Virus record (IMG/VR): IMGVR_UViG_3300032050_000036
Coordinates: 1-64,000 of that record
Reading direction: 5' to 3' (one strand)
DNA length: 64,000 nucleotides
From: a virus
Positions 37,781 through 47,185 of the stretch are shown piece by piece. The notes beneath the pieces are model-generated. The model searched no databases and was not told where the DNA came from. It worked only from the letters and a program-made list of their open reading frames with translations. Positions within the stretch are counted from its first letter, which is position 1; each line of letters starts with the position of its first letter. Made by a program: the position numbers and the translations under genes.

Positions 37781-39844
37781 TTGTTGGAGGAAAGGAAAAT
37801 AAAAAGACTAATACGCATAGCACTAGCCAGTTTCTTGGCCTTTGGTTGGCTTATAGTGGCTCCTACAGAGGCTAACTCTGATGATCCAATAGCAATTGCT
37901 GCCCAAGAAATACAAGACCTTAAAGACAGCGTAGAAGATCTTAATTATAAAGATGAGTTTAATAATTTAATAAATATAGCAGAAGAAAAATATAATGATG
38001 CCATACAGGCTAAACAAGATAGAGATAATGCATACGATATATATGACTCTGCGGTAATAACAGAAGCCACGGCAGTTGAAGAAAAAACATTAGCCCAATC
38101 AGCAGTAGATGGACAAACAGTAACAGTTGCTACAGCATTACAAGATAAAAATGATGCACAAGACGCCTTAGATATAGCCAATTTAAATGTTCAAACAACA
38201 CAAGCAGCAATTTCAAATGCTGGTAATTCAGGATTACAATATACAGTATATTATCTTACAAGAGGGTTTGGTGGAGTAGCAATTCCAAGCGGTGTTATAT
38301 GTACTGGAGTTTGGAATTCAAATTCAATGCAGCCACCAGTATGCGGTAGATATGAAGATTTTATAGTTAAATTTACTGGAACCATTACTGTTCCCTCTCA
38401 TTGGACCTCAACATATTTTGCAGGGTATACAGATGATGGATTTAAAATGTATATTAATGGACAACTTGCAGTAAATAACTGGGTGGAACAGGGAGTTAGA
38501 TGGAGTTCGTACTCTCCAGTTTATGATGTTAGCCAAGATAAAACTTTAGATGTAGAAATTTGGTGGTATAACGGAGGAGGCCCAGGATACTATCATCTTG
38601 GATGGGCAATTCCTGGAGGTTGGACTGGAGCAGGTTGCGATTATACTGGTGGATGGGGGGTAGGATTTAGTTGTAATCTTAATACATTTTCATATGGATC
38701 TGGTGCAACACAAGCACAAATAGATGCATATAATGAGGCAGTATCAGCACAACAAACAGCACAAAACAATTATAATAATAAACTTAGTACATATAATTCT
38801 GAAGTTCAAAACCTCACAACATTAAATCAAAACCTAACAACCGCTACACAAAACCTAACAACAGCACAACAAAACCTAACAGATGCTTTGGCTGCAAAAA
38901 ATAATGCTATTTCTGTTTATAATCAAGCAATTATTGATATGGATAATGCAATACAAAATGCTTGGGATTATTATGATGAGCAATTAGAAAGAGAAATACA
39001 AATTGCTATTGCTCAGGCAGCAGCAAATGCTGCAGCGAATCAACCAACACCTGTAGCAAGTCCAGACCCTGAGCCAACTGTAGAACCAACTCCAGAGCCA
39101 ACCGTAGAGCCAACACCTGAACCTACAGTAGAACCAACCCCTGAACCTACACCAGAACCAGAACCAACTCCTGAACCTACAATAGATCCAACTCCAGAGC
39201 CAGAGCCAACACCAGAACCAGAACCAACTATAGAGCCTACGCCAGAGCCTACTACTGATCCAACTCCTGAACCTACTCCTGGACCTGAACCAACACCAGA
39301 GCCAACCCCTGAAATAGATGATGAAATAAAAGAATTAATTCCTGAAAAGGGTACAGGAACAGCAGAAGATTTATCTGGAGTTATTGCTAATCTTACAAGC
39401 AAAGATAATAAGTTAGTTACACTTTCACCTGAGCAAGTGGCAGCAGTTAGCCAAACCCTTAAGTCTTTGACCCAAGAAGCAAAGGCAGAGGTAGCGCAAG
39501 ACTTAGGTATCAAGGCATCAGAAGTTGAAAAGATTGCAGAGGCAATGAAGTCTGATCCAGAAATTGCTACAGCGTTTGTAGAGTTTGAAAGCAGAGCAGC
39601 AGAAGCGGGGGATTCAGCAATGCCATTTACATTAGCAGACGCTATCACTGAAGTACAAACAGAAGCGTTTTTAGCAGACCCACTTGGGACATTAACAGAT
39701 ATAGATTTTGAAAAAGTACTAAGTCCTACAGAATGGGGTAAGGATATGACAGATGATCAAAGAGAGAAGGTTCAAGAGGTAGTCATTCCTGTTATTTTGG
39801 TAGGAAATATTGTTAGTTCAGTTATGTCACTAAGGAGGTTATAA
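37781..39844 (+). CDS. Secreted PA14-domain protein with coiled coils and a Pro-Glu-Pro-Thr stalk
   Basis: Signal peptide; FTGTITVP...[12 protein letters not shown]...[10 protein letters not shown] (PA14); PEPT repeats; hydrophobic C-terminus; TGATATAAT at 37761. Confidence 0.75.
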   Translation: MLEERKIKRLIRIALASFLAFGWLIVAPTEANSDDPIAIAAQEIQDLKDSVEDLNYKDEFNNLINIAEEKYNDAIQAKQDRDNAYDIYDSAVITEATAVEEKTLAQSAVDGQTVTVATALQDKNDAQDALDIANLNVQTTQAAISNAGNSGLQYTVYYLTRGFGGVAIPSGVICTGVWNSNSMQPPVCGRYEDFIVKFTGTITVPSHWTSTYFAGYTDDGFKMYINGQLAVNNWVEQGVRWSSYSPVYDVSQDKTLDVEIWWYNGGGPGYYHLGWAIPGGWTGAGCDYTGGWGVGFSCNLNTFSYGSGATQAQIDAYNEAVSAQQTAQNNYNNKLSTYNSEVQNLTTLNQNLTTATQNLTTAQQNLTDALAAKNNAISVYNQAIIDMDNAIQNAWDYYDEQLEREIQIAIAQAAANAAANQPTPVASPDPEPTVEPTPEPTVEPTPEPTVEPTPEPTPEPEPTPEPTIDPTPEPEPTPEPEPTIEPTPEPTTDPTPEPTPGPEPTPEPTPEIDDEIKELIPEKGTGTAEDLSGVIANLTSKDNKLVTLSPEQVAAVSQTLKSLTQEAKAEVAQDLGIKASEVEKIAEAMKSDPEIATAFVEFESRAAEAGDSAMPFTLADAITEVQTEAFLADPLGTLTDIDFEKVLSPTEWGKDMTDDQREKVQEVVIPVILVGNIVSSVMSLRRL
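39041..39313 (+). repeat. In-frame PEPT/PTVE repeat tract
   Basis: About 90 aa of (E)PTPEPT-type repeats with varied synonymous codons. Confidence 0.9.
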
Positions 39845-39845
39845 T

Positions 39846-40055
39846 ATGAACATGATTAAAAGGATAATTAAGGGGCTTCTTAAGTGGTTTAAGGCTGCTG
39901 TAATTGAGAGTATTGCCCAAATATTCACCATTCTTGGCTTCTTTATTGCTTGGCTTACCCTTACAGGTACCGCCCAGCAGGTAGTGGGGGTAGCCACATT
40001 AATATCAATAGCCCTATGGCTTATTACCATCCCTCTTCGTGAAGATAAAGAATAA
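39846..40055 (+). CDS. Small two-TM membrane protein
   Basis: Two hydrophobic helices; AAGGAGG RBS. Confidence 0.7.
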   Translation: MNMIKRIIKGLLKWFKAAVIESIAQIFTILGFFIAWLTLTGTAQQVVGVATLISIALWLITIPLREDKE

Positions 40056-40075
40056 TATATTGGTATAATGCTAAT

Positions 40076-40261
40076 ATGAGAATTCGTCATATTTTACTAT
40101 CGTGTATACTTGTATTAGGCCTTAGTGGCTGTGGGTATGACGGTCACTATCGTTATCCTTGCCAGGATCCAGCAAACTGGGAAAAGGCAGAATGTAATCC
40201 ACCATTGTGTGAGGCTACAGGAACTTGTACAAAAGACTTGATAGGAAAACAGGATGAGTAA
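40076..40261 (+). CDS. Small Cys-rich lipoprotein (leaderless)
   Basis: Lipobox LSGC; RYPCQDP..W...C.PP.C...C; TGGTATAAT 6 nt before the ATG. Confidence 0.7.
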   Translation: MRIRHILLSCILVLGLSGCGYDGHYRYPCQDPANWEKAECNPPLCEATGTCTKDLIGKQDE

Positions 40262-40664
40262 GCAAAGATTAACACCGCAAGATCTTGATGCACGACTAAA
40301 GTTTATTCTTGGTTGTACGCTAGGAGCAATTTTATTATTTACAGCATTAGGAATTTTATATGCTCTTATATTTGTAACACAACCAATTGAAGCACAATCA
40401 GAAAATGATAAGATGTTCTTTAATGTGCTTGGATCAGTTGCTACATTTATTACAGGAACACTCGCAGGTTTGTTAATTGGACAGAGTGGTGCTAAAGATA
40501 TTATGCAAGCACAGATGGATAATAAAAAAGTAGATTCAGAAATTAGAATGGCAGAAGATAAACTTGATGCAGAGTTAGATGAAGTAAGAGCAAGACTCGC
40601 TGCCAAGCCAGACGGTGCAATGCCAGCAGAGCAACCAGTAGATACTAATTGGGATAAGGAGTAA
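40254..40664 (+). CDS. Holin-like membrane protein
   Basis: Two TM helices and a charged C-tail, directly before the endolysin. Confidence 0.55.
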   Translation: MSKQRLTPQDLDARLKFILGCTLGAILLFTALGILYALIFVTQPIEAQSENDKMFFNVLGSVATFITGTLAGLLIGQSGAKDIMQAQMDNKKVDSEIRMAEDKLDAELDEVRARLAAKPDGAMPAEQPVDTNWDKE

Positions 40665-40667
40665 GCG

Positions 40668-41309
40668 ATGGCACAAGATGATTTTCCAGTACCAGCAGCA
40701 ACAGAAAAGGCTCCGCAAGGAACTGCTGCTCGTCTTATTCAAGTTGCTAAATCTCAAGTAGGATATATCGAAGGTCCTAAAGATAATGAAACAAAATACG
40801 GTGCATATACAAAGGCAAACTTTCAACCATGGTGTGGATCATTTGTTAATTGGTGCGGTAATGAGGCTGGCGTAAAGATTCCTAATACTGTTTACACTCC
40901 AGGTGGTGCACAGGCATTTAAGAAGGCTGGTGCATGGATTGATGGAGATTTAGCAGATCCAGAACCAGGAGATATAGCCTATTTTGATTTTCCTTCAGAC
41001 GGTGTAGATAGAATCTCACATGTTGGTATTGTTATTGAAGATAACGAAGATGGAACTGTTTGGTGCATTGAAGGAAATACTTCTTCAAACAAGAAGGGTA
41101 GCCAAAGAAATGGTGGAGAATGCTGTAAACAACTTCGTGCTTATAAGAAAAATAAAGCAGGGGTTATGGTTTCTATCGTAGGTTTTGGACGTCCTAAATT
41201 TAAAGGGGCATCAAAAACATCTGAAATAACATCAGATGCTGCTAAGACTTCTAAGCCTAAACCAAATAAAATAAAAACTTGTCCAGCATGTGGACAAGAT
41301 ATAAAATAG
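40668..41309 (+). CDS. Endolysin, CHAP domain
   Basis: QPWCGSFV (Cys), PGDIAYF, SHVGIV (His), IEGNT. Confidence 0.88.
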   Translation: MAQDDFPVPAATEKAPQGTAARLIQVAKSQVGYIEGPKDNETKYGAYTKANFQPWCGSFVNWCGNEAGVKIPNTVYTPGGAQAFKKAGAWIDGDLADPEPGDIAYFDFPSDGVDRISHVGIVIEDNEDGTVWCIEGNTSSNKKGSQRNGGECCKQLRAYKKNKAGVMVSIVGFGRPKFKGASKTSEITSDAAKTSKPKPNKIKTCPACGQDIK

Positions 41310-41338
41310 TTGACACATTTTCATCTTAATGATATACT
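41310..41338 (+). promoter_or_regulatory. Sigma70-type promoter
   Basis: TTGACA-N17-TATACT with extended TG. Confidence 0.8.
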
Positions 41339-41363
41339 GATATAAACTATCAGAAAGGCTACC

Positions 41364-41897
41364 ATGACTTGTATAGCAGTTGTGCGTGATAAAGTAAATA
41401 ATAAAATATGGATGGCAGGAGATCGTGGTGTCTCTGATGACAATGTCATTAATGTTTGTTCAAGTCCTAAAATTTGGAAAAAAGAGGGATATCTATTTGG
41501 GTATGCTGGATCGATGGATGGGGATAGGATAAAGCATTTATTTGTTCCGCCTCAGCCAGAACCTAGAGTGAACATAGATAAGTTTATGTATAGTAAATTT
41601 TTAAAAGCACTTAGAACTTTTTATGAAAACTGGTGGGTAGACACTTCGCCATCATCTGATTTTGGAATGATTATCTGTGTTCGTGGAAAGATATATGAAC
41701 ACAATGCTGGCGATATGTCATTAACACAGTATGAACAAGATTATTTAGCAATGGGATCTGGAGGAGATCTAGCACTTGGATCATTATATTCAACACAAAA
41801 ACAAAAAGATTCAAGAAAAAGGGCGGTACTTGCAGTAAATGCTGCCATTAATCATTCTATGTCCTGTAAAGGTCCTATTGACATCCTAAGCATTTAA
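41364..41897 (+). CDS. Ntn-hydrolase (HslV / proteasome beta-like) peptidase
   Basis: N-terminal Thr (MTCIAV), AGDR, KIWK, GYAGS, AMGSGG.LALG. Confidence 0.75.
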   Translation: MTCIAVVRDKVNNKIWMAGDRGVSDDNVINVCSSPKIWKKEGYLFGYAGSMDGDRIKHLFVPPQPEPRVNIDKFMYSKFLKALRTFYENWWVDTSPSSDFGMIICVRGKIYEHNAGDMSLTQYEQDYLAMGSGGDLALGSLYSTQKQKDSRKRAVLAVNAAINHSMSCKGPIDILSI

Positions 41898-41906
41898 AGG
41901 TATACT
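41878..41906 (+). promoter_or_regulatory. Sigma70-type promoter for a leaderless gene
   Basis: TTGACA-N17-TATACT, ATG 6 nt downstream. Confidence 0.8.
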
Positions 41907-41912
41907 AAATAT

Positions 41913-42116
41913 ATGAATCATATGGGTATGGAAGACCTGTCTCCAGAGGAACAGGAATTTAGTATTTGGTTACAAAACGGCATCGAAAGAGGCTGGATTA
42001 GTGATCCTTATTGCCACACACATGACGGTGGCTATCAGTATATGAGTGAAGAAGAATTAGAAGAATGGGAAGCAGGAGGCGACCCATGTGAACATGTTTT
42101 GAGGATATTCATATAA
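41913..42116 (+). CDS. Conserved-looking acidic hypothetical protein
   Basis: GIERGWIS.PYCHTHDG...GGDPCEHV. Confidence 0.7.
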   Translation: MNHMGMEDLSPEEQEFSIWLQNGIERGWISDPYCHTHDGGYQYMSEEELEEWEAGGDPCEHVLRIFI

Positions 42117-43207
42117 TGAAAAAAATTTTTATAATTCTTGTTTTAATTTTTGGCATAACTCCAGCGCATGCAAATAATGGCAAAGATGCTACAGGAGATC
42201 CAAAAGTAGTAGCACTAATTCATTGGAATTCAGATAATACACAAGGCTGTTCGGGAGCATTAGTGGCCCCTCGTATTGTTTTTACAGCAGCACACTGCCT
42301 TTCAAGAATGCCAAAAAGTGGTAAATGGCAGCCAGACTATGACACAGAATTACCAGTTTCTGGTATGTTATCTGATAAAACTCCAATGTGGGTTTTATCC
42401 CCTGGCGAAAAAGTATATTTAGAAAATAATAAGCCAAATATAAATAGAGTAAAGGTTATTGCTCAATTTGCTTCAACAGAATACAAAGATTCTGGCTGTT
42501 TAAATAATGATAAAAGTTTATGTCATGGCTCTATAAATGATTTTGGTGTTTTAATTCTTGAAAAACCACTAGGAAATTCTTATTTTAAATATGCTTCAAA
42601 AGAAATTGTTCAGGAAATGGTTTTAAATAAATCAAAAATGTTAGCATTGGGATACGGAAGAAGTTCTGGTAATGATATTCAACCTAATCCAAATTTTATG
42701 GAAGTAACAGCAAACACTAAAGTTATGATTCAAAATAATAGTTTCTGTATTCTTACTAACAATAAATATTGTGAAGGATCTAATTTGGTTGTACATGCTA
42801 AAAATAAAGTTGGCGAACATTGGGGTGGAGGAGATTCTGGAAGTCCCCTATGGTATTTTTATCAAAACGAATGGCTTTATGTAGGAGCGATGAGTGGATC
42901 TGCTGGTTGTTCAGCAGAACATTATCCTAATGGCCCAACATGCCGAGATAAGTGGTGGAATGAAAATGGTTATGGAGAATACTGGACGGCTTTTTCTTAT
43001 AATGAAGTAATCTTAAAAGCAGAACTATTTCTAAAAACTCAAGAAGATAATGAAAATAAAACAAAAGAAAAACTATTGCCAAACCCTGAAATACAAAAAC
43101 AAACAAATATAGGTAAACAACTTAAGTGCAAACATAATAAAAGAAATATTATTATGAGCATAAAAGGAAAAAAATGTCCTAGTGGATACTCTTTTTATAA
43201 TGGATAA
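42116..43207 (+). CDS. Secreted trypsin-like serine protease
   Basis: Signal peptide; CSGALV, TAAHC, DFGVL, GDSGSP catalytic motifs; C-terminal C-x13-KCPSGY tail. Confidence 0.88.
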   Translation: MKKIFIILVLIFGITPAHANNGKDATGDPKVVALIHWNSDNTQGCSGALVAPRIVFTAAHCLSRMPKSGKWQPDYDTELPVSGMLSDKTPMWVLSPGEKVYLENNKPNINRVKVIAQFASTEYKDSGCLNNDKSLCHGSINDFGVLILEKPLGNSYFKYASKEIVQEMVLNKSKMLALGYGRSSGNDIQPNPNFMEVTANTKVMIQNNSFCILTNNKYCEGSNLVVHAKNKVGEHWGGGDSGSPLWYFYQNEWLYVGAMSGSAGCSAEHYPNGPTCRDKWWNENGYGEYWTAFSYNEVILKAELFLKTQEDNENKTKEKLLPNPEIQKQTNIGKQLKCKHNKRNIIMSIKGKKCPSGYSFYNG

Positions 43208-43658
43208 AATTAATAATTTAGACGAAAATGTTTTTATTATAAAAAATTTTTTAAGCAATGATGAGTTTGATGATGCATTGCGTGGAGATTTTAATCTTAT
43301 TAAATTAAAAATTTCAAATATATTTAATAATCAATACTCAGTCAAAGGTTCTGGAAGAATTAGAGTTCTTAGTGTTGGAGAGTTTATGGAACCACATTCA
43401 GACCAGCACAAAGATAGTTGTAAGTGTGGATATTGTTCTTTAGGGCATAATAATAAAAAAATATATGCTGCCGTTATATATTTAAATGATGACTATTCTG
43501 GAGGAGAAATATTTTATACTAATAAAAATATTAAACATAAGCCATCAGCCAATAGTTTAATTTGTCATCCAGCATCAGAAGAATATACACATGAGGTTTT
43601 GCCAGTCCTTACTGGAGAAAGAAAATCAATTTCATTCTTTTTAACTGATGGTGTATAA
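43200..43658 (+). CDS. 2OG-Fe(II) oxygenase, prolyl-4-hydroxylase-like
   Basis: PHSD...AVIYLNDDYSGGEI...HEVLPV..GER. Confidence 0.85.
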   Translation: MDKINNLDENVFIIKNFLSNDEFDDALRGDFNLIKLKISNIFNNQYSVKGSGRIRVLSVGEFMEPHSDQHKDSCKCGYCSLGHNNKKIYAAVIYLNDDYSGGEIFYTNKNIKHKPSANSLICHPASEEYTHEVLPVLTGERKSISFFLTDGV

Positions 43659-43667
43659 TAAATAAAT

Positions 43668-44333
43668 ATGACTTTTAAAATAAAAAACAATATATCTGGA
43701 TCAGAATTTTGGGTAGATTCTGAATTTTTAAATTTTCCAGAGTTAGAAGAACAATCTTTTATACCAAGTAAGTGGTCTTGTTATAATAAAATAGGAGATG
43801 ACTATGATAATAAAATTATTAAGCCTGTTAATAAATATGTACTAGAACTTTATCCAAAACCAGAAATTATACAAAAAACAAATAATAAAATAGTTTTAAG
43901 ACAAAAGACACATGCTGAGATATGGGTTGAGCCATTAAAACGTTATTCAGAAGAAACTCTTTATGCATTAGATAAATGTCATCAAAGACAGTTTTATCCA
44001 TCTAGTTTTAAAATTTTTTCAGAGGAGTGTTTTTTGGCAACGTATAGATTTTATATGCCATGGTTTCCTGACTTAAGAACAAACATATTTTTTAAAAATA
44101 TAGAAGACGAATTCTCTCCGTTTAAAGTTAAAAATGATGCAGTTGTTTTTTATCCCCCAGAAAAAAATGATAAATATGTTAACACATGCTTTATACATTT
44201 TAATATTAAAAAAAATGGACCACACATGAAAGACGATAGGTATGGTATCATAGATATAGGATCTCCAATGTATGACATGGAGTTAAAGTTGGATGAAGAC
44301 ATAATAGAAAAGATTGCTAATGAGTATGAATGA
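43668..44333 (+). CDS. Hypothetical protein (possibly DUF6065/dUTPase-like fold)
   Basis: RFYMPW...IIDIGSPMY resembles the neighbouring gene; TATAAT 8 nt upstream. Confidence 0.45.
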   Translation: MTFKIKNNISGSEFWVDSEFLNFPELEEQSFIPSKWSCYNKIGDDYDNKIIKPVNKYVLELYPKPEIIQKTNNKIVLRQKTHAEIWVEPLKRYSEETLYALDKCHQRQFYPSSFKIFSEECFLATYRFYMPWFPDLRTNIFFKNIEDEFSPFKVKNDAVVFYPPEKNDKYVNTCFIHFNIKKNGPHMKDDRYGIIDIGSPMYDMELKLDEDIIEKIANEYE

Positions 44334-45051
44334 AGAAGAGTATCAGCAAATATCTTTTATTGGGCATAAAAGAGAAGGATATCCAGAGCCAGAGCCTTCT
44401 TATAAAAAAATACCACAATGGTACAGAGATTTAGCAAAACATGGCACTAGCAATGATTTAGCGGACTTAGACCCAATTAATGATAGAGGTGGCGACGGAT
44501 CAAATGTTTCTACAAAATTGTGTATGCCATTTTTTGATGCAATGGCATTAGGATATCAGTATCCTTTAGAAGATGACTTAACAGTAACATTAGACAAAAA
44601 CGGTAAACCTAAACTTAGTTGGTCAAAAGATTTTATGTTAATTGATAAAAGACCAACTGTGGATATGGCAGTACCAAAAGATGTACACCCTATACATTTT
44701 GGAATAAAAATGCATTGGTTTTATGAAACACCTCCAGGGTATTCTTTATTGATGACCAATCCAATTAATAGGCCAGACCTCCCATTCTGGACCCCAACAG
44801 GGATTGTCGATTCTGATATATGGGGTTTACCAATCTTTATGCCTTTTTTTATAAAAAGAGACTTTGAAGGGGTAATAAAGTCTGGGACACCTGTTTTTCA
44901 AATGATACCTATCAAAAGAGAACAGTGGGAGATGTCGTTTGACACATCCAAGGAGTCTATAGAAAAACATGATCTAAGATCAGAAAACAGAAGATCGCAT
45001 ATTACAGCACATTATCGTAAATTTGCGTGGAGAAAAAAAGAATATAGATAG
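44320..45051 (+). CDS. DUF6065-like / dUTPase-fold protein
   Basis: KLCMPFFDAMALGY...ETPPGYSLL..P.N...GIVDSD...IKSGTPVFQMIPIKRE. Confidence 0.55.
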   Translation: MSMNEEEYQQISFIGHKREGYPEPEPSYKKIPQWYRDLAKHGTSNDLADLDPINDRGGDGSNVSTKLCMPFFDAMALGYQYPLEDDLTVTLDKNGKPKLSWSKDFMLIDKRPTVDMAVPKDVHPIHFGIKMHWFYETPPGYSLLMTNPINRPDLPFWTPTGIVDSDIWGLPIFMPFFIKRDFEGVIKSGTPVFQMIPIKREQWEMSFDTSKESIEKHDLRSENRRSHITAHYRKFAWRKKEYR

Positions 45052-45092
45052 ATGTAGTATAATGTATAAAGACCAAAATGAATGGAGACAAT

Positions 45093-45740
45093 ATGATTGG
45101 CACTGATAATTTCAAAGAACATAAATTTTTTGAAAAATATTTAAATAATGATTTAAATGATTTACAACAATTCTTAGAAAAAAAATATGAACTAATTACT
45201 TCGGCACGATTAAGAGGGGTCGAAGAGTTAGGGGATAAGGATCTAGCCTGGACTTCTTCTGGAAGTATATCTACCGTTAAGTGGCAAGAATATAATGTTT
45301 TTCAACTATATCATCCTGGAATTTATAATTTATTTAATGCAATTTCTAACACCATGAAAGAGGCATGCGAATACTATGGTATAGATTTTGAAAAAGAAAA
45401 ATATTATGTACAGGGATGGTTCAATATAAATAATAAAGATACTGGCAAACTAGATTGGCATGATCATGGAGATGGCTTTGCGCCAAGATTTCATGGATAT
45501 TATTGTGTAAATGCAGAGCCTTCATCTACATATTATAAATTATTTAACGATGATAATAAAGTAGTTGAAAATATTAATAAAAATAATAGAATGATCATAT
45601 CTGAAATGGGGCATCCACATGCAATGGGTGACTGGTCTTGGAGTGGTCCAAGAATAACCATAGCGTATGACATAATGCCAATTAAGTTGTTGATCGAAAA
45701 TAATCTTACAATTGAGCAACACTGGATTCCGTTACTATGA
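45093..45740 (+). CDS. 2OG-Fe(II) oxygenase
   Basis: GWFNIN...WHDH...FHGYYCV...HPH...RITIAYDI; GGAG RBS before ATG 45093 (alternative start 45078). Confidence 0.75.
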   Translation: MIGTDNFKEHKFFEKYLNNDLNDLQQFLEKKYELITSARLRGVEELGDKDLAWTSSGSISTVKWQEYNVFQLYHPGIYNLFNAISNTMKEACEYYGIDFEKEKYYVQGWFNINNKDTGKLDWHDHGDGFAPRFHGYYCVNAEPSSTYYKLFNDDNKVVENINKNNRMIISEMGHPHAMGDWSWSGPRITIAYDIMPIKLLIENNLTIEQHWIPLL

Positions 45741-46585
45741 ACACAATAGATGTTTTTATTTATGGATATAAAAGTAAACTTTTACCAGAGTCTGCTAGAT
45801 CAATTTTAGAAAATCAAAGCGGCAACTATCAAATAAATATAAAAGTTTATGATCAAATAAATTTAAACAGAAATGAAAAATTTAGTAATATTTCTTATAC
45901 GCATATTTTTTGGGATGATGTCAGATCTAAATTTTTATTTTTAGAAAATGAAATAAAACAATCAAATGCAGAATATTTTTTGTTTATTGATGGTGCAACC
46001 ATATTTCAAAAAAATTGGGATATGGAATTAGTTATGGGGCATGGAGGTAACAATGTTATTTTTTCTGGTAGACATAAAATAAATTTTAATAAAAATAATA
46101 TTTATAAATTTTATTCAGAATATACAAGGTCAGATCTTTCTTCAACAGAAATTACTAATTGGATAGTTAAAGATTTTGTTTTTATGAAAACAGAATTATT
46201 CAAGCAATTTCCATCTATATCTAGATTAAAGTATAGAGGATACGAAGAGGTATATTCTTTTTATGCTGCAGGAAAAAATATTCCAATTTTTGCAATCGCA
46301 ACAGCGTGGGCAGAAAACCATGAAGTTCCTATCGATAGTTTTGACTATCTTCCTTTTTCAATAAATAGTGGCTACAATGAATTAATCGATAACATTAAAG
46401 GTAATAATGAAATATTTTTAAAAAATCTAGATGGAGTTAAAAACCTATCAGAATTTCATTCATATGACTTTACTTTATTGTCCAAGGTCCCATTTATTCA
46501 AAATGACATAGAGTATGATCCAAGAATGGACCTAGACAATATGGATGGAGAACGCTTTCATAATGTTATTAAATCAATATATTAG
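45737..46585 (+). CDS. GT-A glycosyltransferase-like protein resembling GT60 (Skp1 hydroxyproline GlcNAc transferase)
   Basis: IDVFIYGYK...VYDQ...EYFLFIDGATIFQKNWDMELV...FVF...YRGYEEVYS matches the spacing of GT60 motifs as recalled; the DSH motif is degenerate. Confidence 0.5.
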   Translation: MNTIDVFIYGYKSKLLPESARSILENQSGNYQINIKVYDQINLNRNEKFSNISYTHIFWDDVRSKFLFLENEIKQSNAEYFLFIDGATIFQKNWDMELVMGHGGNNVIFSGRHKINFNKNNIYKFYSEYTRSDLSSTEITNWIVKDFVFMKTELFKQFPSISRLKYRGYEEVYSFYAAGKNIPIFAIATAWAENHEVPIDSFDYLPFSINSGYNELIDNIKGNNEIFLKNLDGVKNLSEFHSYDFTLLSKVPFIQNDIEYDPRMDLDNMDGERFHNVIKSIY

Positions 46586-46614
46586 ATATATGGTATAATG
46601 AAAAAGGAGGAAAA

Positions 46615-47178
46615 ATGATTACACAACCAGTAGTAATAGAAAATTTCATAGATCCAAAAGATGCTGAAGTTCTTCTAAAAGAAATGTCTAGTCCATCTGA
46701 GATAAACCCTTATCCTAATTACTATAAGACTAGATTTGGAGGAACTGGATATCCATATAATAAAACAGTTATTGAGTTGCACAAAAAATATTCTTTGTTA
46801 TCAAATAAAGTACATCAAGAATTAAATCCAGAAGAAACAAAAGAAATTAAAACATTCAAGGCTTTTGGTTCAACGTGGACTTCTGGTCAATACGGCCTTC
46901 CACATATTGATGATCAATATCCAGAAGAATTTATAGAATATAGCACAGTCATTTACTTAAACGATGAATTTACTGGAGGGAATATATTTTTCCCAGCACT
47001 GTCATATGAGTATGTACCTAAAAAATATTCAGGGGTATTCTTTTTAAGTAAAGGAAATCTATGGAAACATGGAATTACGCCAGTAGAAAGTGGAACCAGG
47101 TCAACATTGTTGTACATGCATACGACACAAACAGAGCATAAGGATGGATTTGTTATTATAGATCCAGACCTAAACTAG
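46615..47178 (+). CDS. 2OG-Fe(II) oxygenase, prolyl-4-hydroxylase-like
   Basis: PHID...STVIYLNDEFTGGNIFFP...HGITPVESGTR; TGGTATAAT at 46591 and AGGAGG RBS. Confidence 0.87.
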   Translation: MITQPVVIENFIDPKDAEVLLKEMSSPSEINPYPNYYKTRFGGTGYPYNKTVIELHKKYSLLSNKVHQELNPEETKEIKTFKAFGSTWTSGQYGLPHIDDQYPEEFIEYSTVIYLNDEFTGGNIFFPALSYEYVPKKYSGVFFLSKGNLWKHGITPVESGTRSTLLYMHTTQTEHKDGFVIIDPDLN

Positions 47179-47185
47179 GAGAGAA

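Noticed and set aside
38807-38890. 21-nt periodic CAAAACCTAACA repeats as iterons or a mini-array
   Set aside because: They encode QNLTT heptads of a coiled coil inside a CDS
39040-39648. Long minus-strand ORFs (for example 39040-39648, 37177-37680, 13637-14128, 40115-40606)
   Set aside because: Antisense shadows of repetitive or biased plus-strand genes, with no expression signals
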